Shown here: positions 22,896 through 33,502 of the stretch, piece after piece
How the letters are laid out: each line of letters begins with the position of its first letter
How positions within the stretch are numbered: position 1 is the first letter of the stretch
Translations under genes and position numbers: made by a program
Notes under the pieces: model-generated
What the model was told of the DNA's origin: nothing
Databases searched by the model: none
The model's input: the letters and a program-made list of their open reading frames with translations, nothing else
Origin: an uncultured delta proteobacterium
GTDB lineage: Bacteria > Desulfobacterota > Desulfobulbia > Desulfobulbales > Desulfocapsaceae
Assembly: GCA_963709755.1 (NCBI GenBank)
Contig: CAVPXO010000012.1
Coordinates: forward strand, 213,952-277,951
Length of the DNA stretch: 64,000 nucleotides
Reading direction: 5' to 3'

Positions 22896-23609
22896 CTATT
22901 TTCCGGCGACGTGCAACTCCTCCATCAGTGGTCCGAACAATGTTTCAAATTCAGGAATAGCCTTTTTCAATACAGTTCCGATGAACGGAATCTCATTGTC
23001 ATTTACCACAAGATTAACGGAATAGGTTAAAGCCTGCAGATCATAAAGAGTTTCGAACTGTTTTCCTATCAGAACGTAAAAAATATAACGACGGCGGGAC
23101 ATGTTCATATCCCGCATGAACTGGTGAAATTTTCCGGAGTTGACACCTTCCTCTTCAAAGTCGCTGTGGAGAAAAACAGCGGCATAATTAACAAACCGCA
23201 TTTTGTCGATGGCCTCTTCCGGCGACGGAGCCTGTTCCACATGGTAGCCAAATTCCGTGGCTGCTTTCACCACAGTTACACGCAAAGCCGAATCCGGCAT
23301 AAGAACCAGTGCTCTTGGTATATCCTCAACGATCTCTTTTTCCTCAAAAACCCCCTCCCGCAGCCACTGGGTACTTGGCGAAGCCGGAGGCCGGACCTTT
23401 CCTTTTGAAGTAACCTCACCTGGTGTCGGACGACCTGTATTACTGTCGGAGCCTGCAATCTTTATGCTGTTTTCATCAAGCCCGAAGGGAACAGCGCAGT
23501 GAACACACTTAACCTTTATTTTACGGCCGGGCCCCAATTGTTGAACACTTTCCCGGATTTTATCATTCAACTTCAGCTGCTTTTCACAATGGGGACAATT
23601 CACTATCAT
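22896..23609 (-). CDS. Zinc-ribbon (MJ0042-like) domain protein with degenerate receiver-like C-terminal domain
   Basis: CPHC..CVHC knuckle, Pro-rich linker, alpha/beta C-terminal domain without a clear phospho-Asp; downstream of the PilT-family gene. Confidence 0.62.
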   Translation of the reverse strand: MIVNCPHCEKQLKLNDKIRESVQQLGPGRKIKVKCVHCAVPFGLDENSIKIAGSDSNTGRPTPGEVTSKGKVRPPASPSTQWLREGVFEEKEIVEDIPRALVLMPDSALRVTVVKAATEFGYHVEQAPSPEEAIDKMRFVNYAAVFLHSDFEEEGVNSGKFHQFMRDMNMSRRRYIFYVLIGKQFETLYDLQALTYSVNLVVNDNEIPFIGTVLKKAIPEFETLFGPLMEELHVAGK

Positions 23610-23681
23610 GGTTTCCTCATAAATAGTCTAACTCATCTTTCCACAACAGTGACCTGTTTGCTCACTGCCGCATAACTCGTG

Positions 23682-24863
23682 TCATCTGCCATAGAAACCG
23701 AAACCTTCCTCTTTCTCCCCCTCCATGGAAAGGTCCGTCAAACTGGTTGTCGCCTCACCCCGTTCTGCCTTGATACGATCCAGGCCGCGGTTCAATTCGG
23801 CTCGATGAGAACAGTAGGTTATGGCACTCTTCTCAGTTATTATGCCCCTGCTGAAAAGTTCAAGAATATGCTGATCAAAAGTTCGCATATCGAGGGCCGA
23901 ACCTTCACTGATGATATTATAGTAGGTTTTCTCTTCAGTCTCACCGTTTAAGATCAAATCCTTAACCCGTAAACTGGTACGCAGAATTTCCATAGCGGCT
24001 ACGCGACCTCCACCAATCCGTGGCAACAGGCGCTGACTGACAATCCATCGAATCGTATCGACAAGCCTGTGACGAATCTGCGGCTGTTCATCCTGTTCGA
24101 ACATGCCGAGGATACGGTTGAGTGTCTGTCCGGCGTCGATGGTATGCAAAGTCGACAGCACCAGATGTCCTGTTTCAGCGGCCGTCAGACCGATCTCCAA
24201 GGTTTCACGATCACGCATCTCACCCACCAGAATGACTTTGGGGGCCTGACGAAGTGCAGCGCGCATACCCACCGCAAAGCTGCTGAAATCATTGCCGAGC
24301 TCACGTTGATTAAAGGTCGCTTTGCTTTGTTCATGGACATATTCAATAGGATCCTCCAGAGTCACTACATGGACTGGCCGTGTGTGGTTGATTCTGTTCA
24401 ACAGGGCAGCAAGGGATGTCGTTTTGCCTGTTCCCGTAGCCCCGGTAAAAAGGATAAGTCCATTTAAATCACCCGCCATTTTGCCGAATGCCGGCGGAAA
24501 CTGCATGCCCTCGATGGAGGGCACTTCAGTTTCAAGTTTCCTTAGTACGGTGGTAAAATATCCCTTCTGGGTAAAAACATTTACCCTGAACCTGGCCTTA
24601 TTGGACAGAGAATAGGAAAGATCGCAAGAGCCATTTTCAACAAGATCCTTTAACAGCCTGCGATTGTTGCCAATGAGATTGAGTGCGAAAGCTTCGGTCT
24701 GAAAAGGTGTCAGTTGCGTTACCGGCGGTACAACATCGACCGGCACCAGCTGGCCGGCAGATTCAACCTGCAGGGATTTTCCAACTGTTATGTTAAGGTC
24801 GGAAACGTTGCTGTGGGACTCCAACATTGCCGCTATCCAGTAGTCTATTTCCGTTTTTTTCAT
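23682..24863 (-). CDS. PilT/PilU family type IV pilus ATPase
   Basis: GATGTGKTT, TLEDPIEY, ILVGEMRD, GHLVLSTLH; RVKDLILNG replaces AIRNLIRE, so it is PilU-like or a PilT paralogue. Confidence 0.88.
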   Translation of the reverse strand: MKKTEIDYWIAAMLESHSNVSDLNITVGKSLQVESAGQLVPVDVVPPVTQLTPFQTEAFALNLIGNNRRLLKDLVENGSCDLSYSLSNKARFRVNVFTQKGYFTTVLRKLETEVPSIEGMQFPPAFGKMAGDLNGLILFTGATGTGKTTSLAALLNRINHTRPVHVVTLEDPIEYVHEQSKATFNQRELGNDFSSFAVGMRAALRQAPKVILVGEMRDRETLEIGLTAAETGHLVLSTLHTIDAGQTLNRILGMFEQDEQPQIRHRLVDTIRWIVSQRLLPRIGGGRVAAMEILRTSLRVKDLILNGETEEKTYYNIISEGSALDMRTFDQHILELFSRGIITEKSAITYCSHRAELNRGLDRIKAERGEATTSLTDLSMEGEKEEGFGFYGR

Positions 24864-25007
24864 CTAATTCCCCTGAAATATTGTGCAATACCACTTGTTT
24901 TTAAAGTATATTGTCTCTAATCCAACGAGTGTTGCAAGCTTTTTTTTAAATTTTGCTTCATATTTCTTTTCATTATGAATTCAATATAAAAATTCCGGAG
25001 TACTATC

Positions 25008-26843
25008 ATGGCAATTCCATTACGCAGCGCGACAACGACCCAGGGACGCAGAATGGCAGGGGCACGCAGCCTGTGGCGAGCCAACGGTGTTAAAGAGGAA
25101 CAGTTCGGCAAACCAATCATCGCCATCGTCAATTCTTTCACACAGTTCGTCCCCGGTCATGTTCACCTCCATGAAATTGGCCAGCACCTGAAAAAAATCA
25201 TCAACAGGGCCGGTTGTTTTGCGGCCGAATTCAATACAATCGCCATTGATGACGGCATTGCCATGGGCCATTCCGGGATGCTTTACTCACTGCCTTCCCG
25301 TGATCTTATTGCCGACAGTGTTGAGTACATGTGCAACGCCCATACCGTCGACGCCATGATCTGTATCAGCAACTGTGACAAGATCACTCCCGGTATGCTG
25401 ATGGCCTCAATGCGCCTCAACATTCCGACTATCTTCGTTTCGGGTGGCCCCATGGAAGCAGGGGTTGACGGCGAGAGACGATATGATCTGGTCGACGCCA
25501 TGGTTATGGCAGCCGACAATGGCATAAGCGATGAGGAGATCAGCAGGGTCGAAAGTTGCGCCTGCCCTACCTGCGGGTCGTGCTCGGGAATGTTTACCGC
25601 CAATTCCATGAATTGCCTGAATGAGGCCCTAGGCCTTGCACTTCCCGGCAACGGTACGGTGGTTGCTACCCATGCCAATCGCAAACTTCTCTTTGAACGG
25701 GCAGCGGAACGAATCGTTGAGATGGCATTTGCCTGGTACGACAATGAGGACAGCACGGTTCTTCCACGTTCCATTGCCGGCAAAAACGCCTTCATGAACT
25801 CAATGACCCTCGATATCGCCATGGGCGGTTCAACCAATACAGTGCTGCACCTGCTGGCTATTGCCCATGAGGCCGGTGTCGATTTTACCATGGATGATAT
25901 TGACCGCCTCTCCCGCAAAGTGCCCAACCTCTGCAAAGTATCCCCTTCTTCCAGTTACCATATGGAAGATGTCAACCGGGCAGGAGGGATCATGGCCATT
26001 CTTGGTGAACTCGACAGAGCCGGCCTGATCGACCCAACTGTTCATCGGGTTGATAGTCCAACCCTTCAGGAAACCCTCAACAGGTGGGATATTTCCCGGC
26101 CAGGCCACAGTAAGGAAGCAGAAACTCTTTACCTCAGCGCTCCGGCCCAGGCGGGGCTGAATCTGGTTATGGGCTCCCAGAGCACGATGTATCAGGCGGC
26201 CGACCTTGACCGGGCGACGGGATGCATAAGAGACATGCAACATTGCTATAGCAAGGATGGCGGCCTGGCCGTGCTTTTTGGCAATATTGCCAAGGATGGC
26301 TGCATTGTAAAAACAGCCGGAGTCGATCCTTCGATCTTTAAATTTTCCGGAACCGCCAGGGTCTTTTCCTCTCAGGATACCGCTTGCGACGCCATTCTGA
26401 GCGGAGGAATCAAGGCGGGCGACGTTATCATTATCCGTTACGAGGGCCCCAAAGGCGGACCGGGAATGCAGGAAATGCTCTATCCGACCTCTTACCTTAA
26501 ATCGATCCATCTCGGAGCCGAATGTGCACTGGTGACTGACGGACGGTTCTCCGGCGGCACTTCAGGGCTTTCAATCGGCCACGTTTCTCCTGAGGCGGCA
26601 GCGGGAGGTGCTATCGCTTTACTTAAAGATGGTGATACAATAGAGATAGATATTCCGGCAAGAAGCATTAATGTTTCCCTGGCCGAAGGCGAGCTTGCGG
26701 CACGCAGGAAAAAAGAAGAGGAAAAAGGCAACAGCGCCTTCACCCCGGCTGACAGGGACAGGAATATCAGCAAATCACTGAAGGCGTATGCGCTCTTTGC
26801 CGCATCTGCCGACAAAGGTGCGGTTAGAATCCTGCCCGATTAA
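25008..26843 (+). CDS. ilvD: Dihydroxy-acid dehydratase
   Basis: [60 protein letters not shown]. Confidence 0.97.
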   Translation: MAIPLRSATTTQGRRMAGARSLWRANGVKEEQFGKPIIAIVNSFTQFVPGHVHLHEIGQHLKKIINRAGCFAAEFNTIAIDDGIAMGHSGMLYSLPSRDLIADSVEYMCNAHTVDAMICISNCDKITPGMLMASMRLNIPTIFVSGGPMEAGVDGERRYDLVDAMVMAADNGISDEEISRVESCACPTCGSCSGMFTANSMNCLNEALGLALPGNGTVVATHANRKLLFERAAERIVEMAFAWYDNEDSTVLPRSIAGKNAFMNSMTLDIAMGGSTNTVLHLLAIAHEAGVDFTMDDIDRLSRKVPNLCKVSPSSSYHMEDVNRAGGIMAILGELDRAGLIDPTVHRVDSPTLQETLNRWDISRPGHSKEAETLYLSAPAQAGLNLVMGSQSTMYQAADLDRATGCIRDMQHCYSKDGGLAVLFGNIAKDGCIVKTAGVDPSIFKFSGTARVFSSQDTACDAILSGGIKAGDVIIIRYEGPKGGPGMQEMLYPTSYLKSIHLGAECALVTDGRFSGGTSGLSIGHVSPEAAAGGAIALLKDGDTIEIDIPARSINVSLAEGELAARRKKEEEKGNSAFTPADRDRNISKSLKAYALFAASADKGAVRILPD

Positions 26844-26898
26844 TCCGGATAAACTGCCTTGAGGCGCTCTACAACACCCTTATCCATCGTTAAAAGAG

Positions 26899-28687
26899 GT
26901 GCGATTTTTGAAGCCGACAAATACAAAAGACCCTGAATATTTTCACAAAGTCATTGATTGTCAATATGCCTGTCCGTCCCACACTCCGGTACCGGAATAT
27001 ATCCGATTGATCAGCCAGGGCAAATACGATGAGGCATTCAAGATCAACTGGATTTCCAACGTCTTTCCCGGTATCCTTGGCCGTGTCTGCGACCGGCCAT
27101 GTGAGCCGGCCTGCCGGAGAACCCGGGTCGAGGAAACTCCTGTCGCCATCTGCCGGTTGAAAAGAGTCACCTCAGACTACCGAAGCGACAGCACTGACTT
27201 TCTCCCGGAGATCCCAAGTGAGAAAAACGGCAAAAGGATCGCGCTCATTGGTGGCGGCCCAGCCTCCCTCACGGTAGCCCGTGACCTGCTGCCCCTCGGC
27301 TACGAGGTGGACCTTTATGATGACCAGTCCAAGGCCGGCGGATTTATACGTACCCAGGTGCCCTCCTTTCGGCTGCCTGAGAAAGTGCTCAACGAAGAGG
27401 TTGATCGGATTTTGAACATGGGCGTTACGGTCCATTTCAATCACTATGTCGACAGCCTTAAAACGATTGTCGACAAGGGCTACGACGCTATTTTTGTCGG
27501 CACCGGCGCCCCCCGTGGCCGGGACCTCCCTGACCTTCCCGGCAGAAAGGAAGGCGATGCATCGATTTTTATCGGTATCGAGTGGCTCGCCGCGGTTTTA
27601 TATCGCCACGTAATCTCAACCCCGGAAAAAGTTCTGGTGCTCGGCGGCGGCAACACAGCCATGGACTGTTGCCGGATGGCCAGAAGGCTTGGCGGAGAAG
27701 ACGTCAAGGTCATTGTCCGCAGCCCCCGAGTCCGACATGAAGGCGTCTCCCTGGGAAATTGAAGATGCCGAAGAGGAAGGTATTCCCATTATTGACAACC
27801 ATTCACCTGTTGATTTTGTTGTCAAAGACGGCCAGTTAACGGGTATGCACTTCCAAAAGATGATTGCCGAATACGACGAGAACAACAAACGTAAACTGCT
27901 GCCCGCCGATGAACCGCCGGTCTTCATCGCCTGCGACCAGGTACTCCTTGCTGTCGGCCAATTAAACGCCTTTCCTTTTATCAAGCAGGATATTGGCATC
28001 AAGATGAATAAGTGGGGCCTTCCCGAGCTTGATGAAAAAACGTTTCAATCGTCAGTACCTCATATATTTTTTGGTGGCGACGCTGCTTTTGGTCCCAAAA
28101 ATATAATTACCGCGGTTGAACATGGACACCAGGCAGCAATCTCCATCGATCTCTTCTGCCGGGGTGAGGATCTCCACAATCGCCCTGGGCCGCGAACCAA
28201 TTTATTCAACCAGAAAATGGGGATGCAGGACTGGATTTATGACAGCCATGTTTCCGACGATAAACGCTATGCGGTTCCCACGGTTGACCGGGTAAAATCA
28301 CTTAAAAACAGATTGGTGGAAGTTGAACTGGGATTTAGTAAAAAAACAGGTCACGAGGAGTCACTGCGCTGTTTGAATTGTGATGTTCAGACCGTTTTTG
28401 ATTATTCCACCTGCATAGAATGTGACGCCTGCGTCGATATCTGTCCGGAATTTTGCATTAATTTTACTGACAATGGCGATGAAGAGGATCTCAGATCCAG
28501 ATTGTTGGCTCCGGCCGACAATAAAGAGCAGGCTCTTTACATCTCCCCGGTCCTGCCTACCGGCAGGGTCATGGTCAAAGATGAAAATGTCTGTCTGCAC
28601 TGCGGTCTCTGTGCCGAACGCTGTCCAACCTCGTCCTGGGAAATGATTCAATACACCTATAATTCTGCAGTGGCAGGTCAAAAATGA
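26899..28687 (+). CDS. FAD/NAD(P)-dependent Fe-S oxidoreductase (GltD/SudA-like) with C-terminal 2x[4Fe-4S] domain; split by one frameshift
   Basis: ORF 26899-27762 (CQYACP, GRVCDRPCEPAC, GGGPAS, GGGNTAMD) continues in ORF 27689-28687 (GGDAAFG, CLNC, CIECDAC, CLHCGLC); removing one C from the run at 27723-27727 joins them as VRSPESDMKASPWE. Confidence 0.85.
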
Positions 28688-30534
28688 ACAAAATAGAGAG
28701 CATCAATGACTTTGTTGTGCGTTTCGCCAACGTCAACGGTTCAGGCTCAGCCAGCGCCAATAATCTTTTTGCCAAAGCTATTTTCAGACTGGGAGTTCCC
28801 GTCAGCCCGAAAAACATCTTCCCCTCAAATATCCAGGGCTTGCCAACCTGGTATGAAGTACGGGTCAATGAACATGGTTTCCTTGGCAGACGTGGCGGCC
28901 TGGATATGGTTGTCGCCGTCAACGGCCAGACCCTTTTAAAGGATTACCAGGAAGTTTTGCCGGGCGGTTATTTTTTATACGATTCCACCAAAGAATTGTC
29001 GGAAGAATTTGACAGGGATGACATTACTCCCATCGGCATCCCGCTCACTCGCCTGTGCAATGATGCCTTCCAAAACCCAAAGCTGAGACAGTTGCTTAAA
29101 AATATCATCTATGTAGGCTCCCTTGCCTTTCTTCTCGATATGGATTTTTCCATTCTTACCGAATCCATCGAGAGACAGTTCAAAAAAAAGCCCAAGCTGG
29201 CGGAACCAAACATCGAAGCCCTCGAGATCGGCTACCAGTACGCCAAAGAACATCACCAGGGTGCCTGTAAATTATCGGTGCGAAGAACGGATAAACTAAC
29301 AGATGAAATCCTCATGGACGGCAATTCCGCCTTTGGCCTTGGTGCCATTTATGCCGGAGCGACAGTTACCGGCTGGTACCCGATCACCCCTTCCACCTCG
29401 GTCATCGAAGCATTTGCGCGGTACGCCAGGATGTTCAGGACGGAAGAAGACACAGGAAGGCATAAAGTAGCCATTATTCAGGCCGAAGATGAGCTGGCAG
29501 CTCTTGGCATTGTCATCGGTGCCGCCTGGAATGGTGCCCGAGCCTTTACAGCCACTTCCGGTCCGGGAATTTCACTCATGAGTGAATTTCTCGGCCTGGC
29601 CTATTTTGCCGAAATTCCGGCCGTACTCGTCAATGTCCAGAGAACCGGCCCAAGTACCGGTATGCCGACCCGTACCCAACAGGCCGACCTGCTCTCCTGC
29701 GCATACGCCTCCCACGGCGATACTAAAAACGTCTTGATATTTCCCTGTGATCCGAAAGAATGTTTTGAGCTGGGGGCCGATGCTTTCGATCTGGCCGATC
29801 GATTACAGACTCCTGTTATTGTCATGTCGGACCTTGACCTGGGCATGAACGACCATGTCAGTGCCCCGCTGCACTGGGACGATAGCCGGAAATACGACCG
29901 GGGCAAGGTGCTTTCCGCCGAAGACCTGGACAATCTCAAAGAAAAATGGGGACGCTATTTGGACGTGGACGGAGACGGTATCTGCTATCGGACCCTTCCC
30001 GGTACACACCCCAGCAAGGGGGCCTTTGTAACCAGGGGAACTTCCCATAACGAATATGCTGCATATACAGAGTACAGCCCAATATATAAGGCGGGAATGG
30101 ACCGCCTCCTGGTCAAATGGGAGACCGCGCGCAGCCTGGTACCAACCCCACGAACAAAGATCAGAGATACTACTTATGGAATCGGTGTCATTTTTTTCGG
30201 GACAACCACCCACGCGGCCTATGAGGCTATCAGCCGGTTTGCAATGAGTGGTCTGAAAATCAACAGCATGCGAATACGAGCCTTTCCCTTTCAGGACGAG
30301 GTAATTGCCTTTATCAATGATCATGAGACAATTTTTGTGATCGAGCAGAACCGCGATGCGCAGCTTCGCACCATGTTAATGTCTGAATGCTCAATTTCGC
30401 CGACAAAATTACAACCCATACTGCACTACGAAGGCTTACCCATCACAGCAGATTTCATCACCGAAAAAATCCAGGAAGGTCTTGATAGTACGACTCAAGC
30501 CAGCCCCCAGAACTCCAAGGGAGGAAAAGCATGA
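28684..30534 (+). CDS. 2-oxoacid:acceptor oxidoreductase, alpha subunit (gamma-alpha fusion, KorA-like)
   Basis: NGSGSASAN, WYPITPSTS, QAEDELAA, TATSGPGISLM, QRTGPSTGMPTRTQQ. Confidence 0.92.
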   Translation: MNKIESINDFVVRFANVNGSGSASANNLFAKAIFRLGVPVSPKNIFPSNIQGLPTWYEVRVNEHGFLGRRGGLDMVVAVNGQTLLKDYQEVLPGGYFLYDSTKELSEEFDRDDITPIGIPLTRLCNDAFQNPKLRQLLKNIIYVGSLAFLLDMDFSILTESIERQFKKKPKLAEPNIEALEIGYQYAKEHHQGACKLSVRRTDKLTDEILMDGNSAFGLGAIYAGATVTGWYPITPSTSVIEAFARYARMFRTEEDTGRHKVAIIQAEDELAALGIVIGAAWNGARAFTATSGPGISLMSEFLGLAYFAEIPAVLVNVQRTGPSTGMPTRTQQADLLSCAYASHGDTKNVLIFPCDPKECFELGADAFDLADRLQTPVIVMSDLDLGMNDHVSAPLHWDDSRKYDRGKVLSAEDLDNLKEKWGRYLDVDGDGICYRTLPGTHPSKGAFVTRGTSHNEYAAYTEYSPIYKAGMDRLLVKWETARSLVPTPRTKIRDTTYGIGVIFFGTTTHAAYEAISRFAMSGLKINSMRIRAFPFQDEVIAFINDHETIFVIEQNRDAQLRTMLMSECSISPTKLQPILHYEGLPITADFITEKIQEGLDSTTQASPQNSKGGKA

Positions 30535-31583
30535 GCTTTGAACGACCTAGTTTTCGCCACCCTAAACTTGCTAAAAATTCAGCAGGGTATTCCCGCAAGG
30601 ATTATGAAGGGGTTATTTCCACGCTCTGTGCCGGCTGCGGTCATGATTCGACCACCACCGCCATAATTCAGGCCTGCTTCGAACTGTCGGTTGAGCCGCA
30701 CCGGGTGGCAAAATTATCCGGAATCGGCTGCTCATCCAAAACGCCAGCCTATTTCCTTAGTCAATCCCACGGCTTTAATGCCGTTCATGGCCGTATGCCT
30801 TCTGTTGCGACCGGTGCCAACATGGCCAATCGGGATCTTTTGTATATTGGCATCTCCGGTGACGGTGATACAGCCTCAATCGGCATGGGTCAGTTCGCCC
30901 ACGCCCTGCGCCGCAACCTGAATCTCAATTATATCTGCATGAACAACGGCTGTTACGGACTGACCAAGGGACAGGATTCGGCAACTGCTGATAAAGGCTC
31001 AGCGAGCAAAAAAGGTGTGCCAAACCCCTACACCTCCATCGATCTGTGTGAGCTGGCCATTGAACTTGGCGCCAGCTATGTGGCCAGAGGATTTTCCGGA
31101 GACAAGCAGCAACTGGTACCTCTCATTAAAGGGGCTATCGCCCATAACGGCCTGGCCTTTATAGATGTTATCTCGCCATGTGTTACCTTTAACAACACCG
31201 CCACCTCAACCAAGAGCTACGAGTATGTGAGGGAACATATCGAAGCAACAAATACCTTTGATTTTGTCCCACTCCAGCAGGAAATTCTCGCCCATTACCC
31301 GGAAGGAACCAGCCAGGAAGTCGTGATGCACGACGGCAGTATTCTTCATCTCCACAAGGCAGACTCGAGTAAAAACGTCACCGACAGGATTACGGCGGTA
31401 AACAACCTGGAGTTGGAAAAAGCTAAAGGCAGGCTGCTCACCGGCCTCCTCTATGTCAACCAGGAGATTACAGATACTCACGATATTATTAATTCCAGCC
31501 TCAGGCCCCTCAACAGTCTGACTGAAACTGATCTTTGTCCCGGTAACGCTGCACTACAAAATATTAACGAGAGTCTCAGGTAG
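30531..31583 (+). CDS. 2-oxoacid:ferredoxin oxidoreductase, beta subunit (KorB-like)
   Basis: LCAGCGH, SGIGCSS, HGR, TPP motif GDGD..NNGCYGLTKGQ, SPCVTFN. Confidence 0.92.
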   Translation: MSFERPSFRHPKLAKNSAGYSRKDYEGVISTLCAGCGHDSTTTAIIQACFELSVEPHRVAKLSGIGCSSKTPAYFLSQSHGFNAVHGRMPSVATGANMANRDLLYIGISGDGDTASIGMGQFAHALRRNLNLNYICMNNGCYGLTKGQDSATADKGSASKKGVPNPYTSIDLCELAIELGASYVARGFSGDKQQLVPLIKGAIAHNGLAFIDVISPCVTFNNTATSTKSYEYVREHIEATNTFDFVPLQQEILAHYPEGTSQEVVMHDGSILHLHKADSSKNVTDRITAVNNLELEKAKGRLLTGLLYVNQEITDTHDIINSSLRPLNSLTETDLCPGNAALQNINESLR

Positions 31584-31592
31584 GTAAACTAA

Positions 31593-31639
31593 AAAATGGC
31601 CCTCCACCCCGACAACAGATCGGGACCGGGGGCCATTTT
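31593..31639 (+). terminator. Probable terminator hairpin after the oxidoreductase operon
   Basis: AAAATGGCCC ... GGGCCATTTT inverted repeat with an imperfect inner stem. Confidence 0.55.
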
Positions 31640-31666
31640 CAGCTAAATTATCCCAGCAGTTAAAAC

Positions 31667-31824
31667 TTGATAAACTCGTAAAACCCAGAAATTTCGGATG
31701 GCTAAGTAAAAAACTTCATATGCGAGGCGCGCAAAATTTATATCATTTCGGCGTACTAAAGTACGTCGTAATGATATAAATTTTGTAGCAACGACGCAGA
31801 TGAAGAGTTTTTACAACGCCATCA
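31667..31824. repeat. Long imperfect palindromic MITE/REP-like element
   Basis: Nested inverted repeats GATGGC/GCCATC, GTAAAAA/TTTTTAC, CTTCAT/ATGAAG, a perfect 16-bp pair CAAAATTTATATCATT (31732-31747) / AATGATATAAATTTTG (31770-31785) and central GCGTACT-AA-AGTACGT; outer ends TTGAT-N6-GTAAAA. Confidence 0.75.
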
Positions 31825-33219
31825 ATACTTATAGGCTGACTCCCCGTGGCTTGTAACATCCAGTCCCTCGCGTTCCTGATCTTCCGGAACTCTCAGGCCA
31901 ATCACCACATCAACCAGCTTATAGGCTATTATTGAGACAACCCCGGACCAGACAATAGTCAAACCGACACCCCAGATCTGGCTGATCATCTGATCAATCG
32001 TTGAATAATCTGCCACTGCGTTGGCCACATAATCATATACGCCCATGCCACCGAGAGCAGGATTGGCAAATATTCCCGTCAACAGAGCACCAAGAATACC
32101 GCCGACACCGTGCACGCCAAAGACATCAAGAGCATCGTCTGCTCCAATCATCCGCTTGAGACCATTTACACCCCATAAACAGACCACACCGGCTGCCAGT
32201 CCTATCACCAATGCTCCCCCAATACCGACCCAGCCACATGCCGGAGTGATGGCAACAAGACCGGCAACCGCACCAGATGCAGCACCGAGCATTGAAGGTT
32301 TACCCTTAAGCGCCCACTCTGCGAAAAGCCAGGACAATGTTGCCGCTGCAGTTGCTGTCATGGTATTGCCAAAGGCGAGGGCTGCAAGTCCTGTAGCCTC
32401 GAGATTAGACCCGGCATTGAATCCGAACCAACCTACCCAAAGAAGGGAAGCACCTATCATGGTCATGGTCAGGCTGTGTGGAGCCATGGATTCCCTGCCG
32501 TAACCAACCCGCTTACCAACCATAAAAGCGCCTATCAGACCGGCGATAGCAGCATTAATATGAACAACGGTTCCACCAGCAAAGTCAATCGCTCCCTTCT
32601 GGAAGAGAAAACCGGCCGTTGCTCCAGCCTTTGCTGCTGCATCGGCATCGGTATAGGCATCCGGACCTGCCCAAAACCAAACCATGTGCGCCATCGGCAA
32701 ATAAGCAAAAGTGAACCACAAGGTAATAAAAGCCAGCACTGCAGAAAATTTCATGCGCTCGGCAAAAGCGCCGAGAATGAGCGCCGGGGTAATAGCAGCA
32801 AAGGTGGCCTGAAAGAAAATATAAACAAATTCAGGGATAACGACGCCTTTGCTGAAGGTGGCAGCAACAGAGTCAATGGTCACGCCCTTGAGAAAGATTT
32901 TACTTAAACCACCAAAAAAAGCGTTGCCTTCGGTAAATGCAAGGCTATAGCCGTATATGACCCAAAGCACGATGCACAGCGCAAAAACAGTGAACACCTG
33001 CATCAACACGGAAAGCATGTTTTTGGTTCGAACCAGACCACCATAAAAAAGGGCCAGCCCGGGAATCGTCATAAGTGCTACCAGTAATGTCGCAACTATC
33101 ATCCAGGCAGTATCGCCTTTATCGGGGACAGGAGCATCAAGAGCGAAGGCGTCTCCGGCAAAATGCACAGAGAACGCCACGAAGAGAATGGTGAAGAGAA
33201 ATGTAATGTTTTTGTTCAT
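31822..33219 (-). CDS. amt: Ammonium transporter
   Basis: GDTAW, PGLALFYGG, FQATFA, DFAGGTVVHI, WFGFNAGS, DDALDVFGVHG, GLDVTSHGE; start at MNKN (33219) has an RBS. Confidence 0.96.
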   Translation of the reverse strand: MNKNITFLFTILFVAFSVHFAGDAFALDAPVPDKGDTAWMIVATLLVALMTIPGLALFYGGLVRTKNMLSVLMQVFTVFALCIVLWVIYGYSLAFTEGNAFFGGLSKIFLKGVTIDSVAATFSKGVVIPEFVYIFFQATFAAITPALILGAFAERMKFSAVLAFITLWFTFAYLPMAHMVWFWAGPDAYTDADAAAKAGATAGFLFQKGAIDFAGGTVVHINAAIAGLIGAFMVGKRVGYGRESMAPHSLTMTMIGASLLWVGWFGFNAGSNLEATGLAALAFGNTMTATAAATLSWLFAEWALKGKPSMLGAASGAVAGLVAITPACGWVGIGGALVIGLAAGVVCLWGVNGLKRMIGADDALDVFGVHGVGGILGALLTGIFANPALGGMGVYDYVANAVADYSTIDQMISQIWGVGLTIVWSGVVSIIAYKLVDVVIGLRVPEDQEREGLDVTSHGESAYKY

Positions 33220-33273
33220 GGCGGTAAATCCTCTCAAGGTTGATTCATTTGTTACTACGGTTTTGTCTATCAG

Positions 33274-33289
33274 TGCAAAAGAAGTGCCA
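33274..33289 (-). promoter_or_regulatory. Sigma-54 (-24/-12) promoter of amt
   Basis: Minus strand reads TGGCAC-TTCTT-TTGCA, a full consensus match, 55 bp upstream of the start. Confidence 0.8.
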
Positions 33290-33502
33290 CGCTGAAAGCA
33301 ACCGTTTTTAATTGAATAACTATGAGATATTACATGATTTAATGTTTGAATCAATAGCCAATCTGCAATAAATTAATTTATCATTTTTGTAATTTAAAAC
33401 ATTGATTTGTGACGTTTTTGTAGTTTTAGCCACGACACTTCTCTGGCTTTCTTGATGGTTAGGGGAAGCAGAACCAATGAACTAATGAAGGAAATGCCAT
33501 AT

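Noticed and set aside
33220-33354. N-terminal extension of Amt given by the ORF track (similar extensions at 496, 12052, 22742, 36181, 39390, 43188, 49030 and 54482)
   Set aside because: Downstream ATGs fit family N-termini and often have better RBSs; the amt and nifV extensions also run through their sigma-54 promoters.
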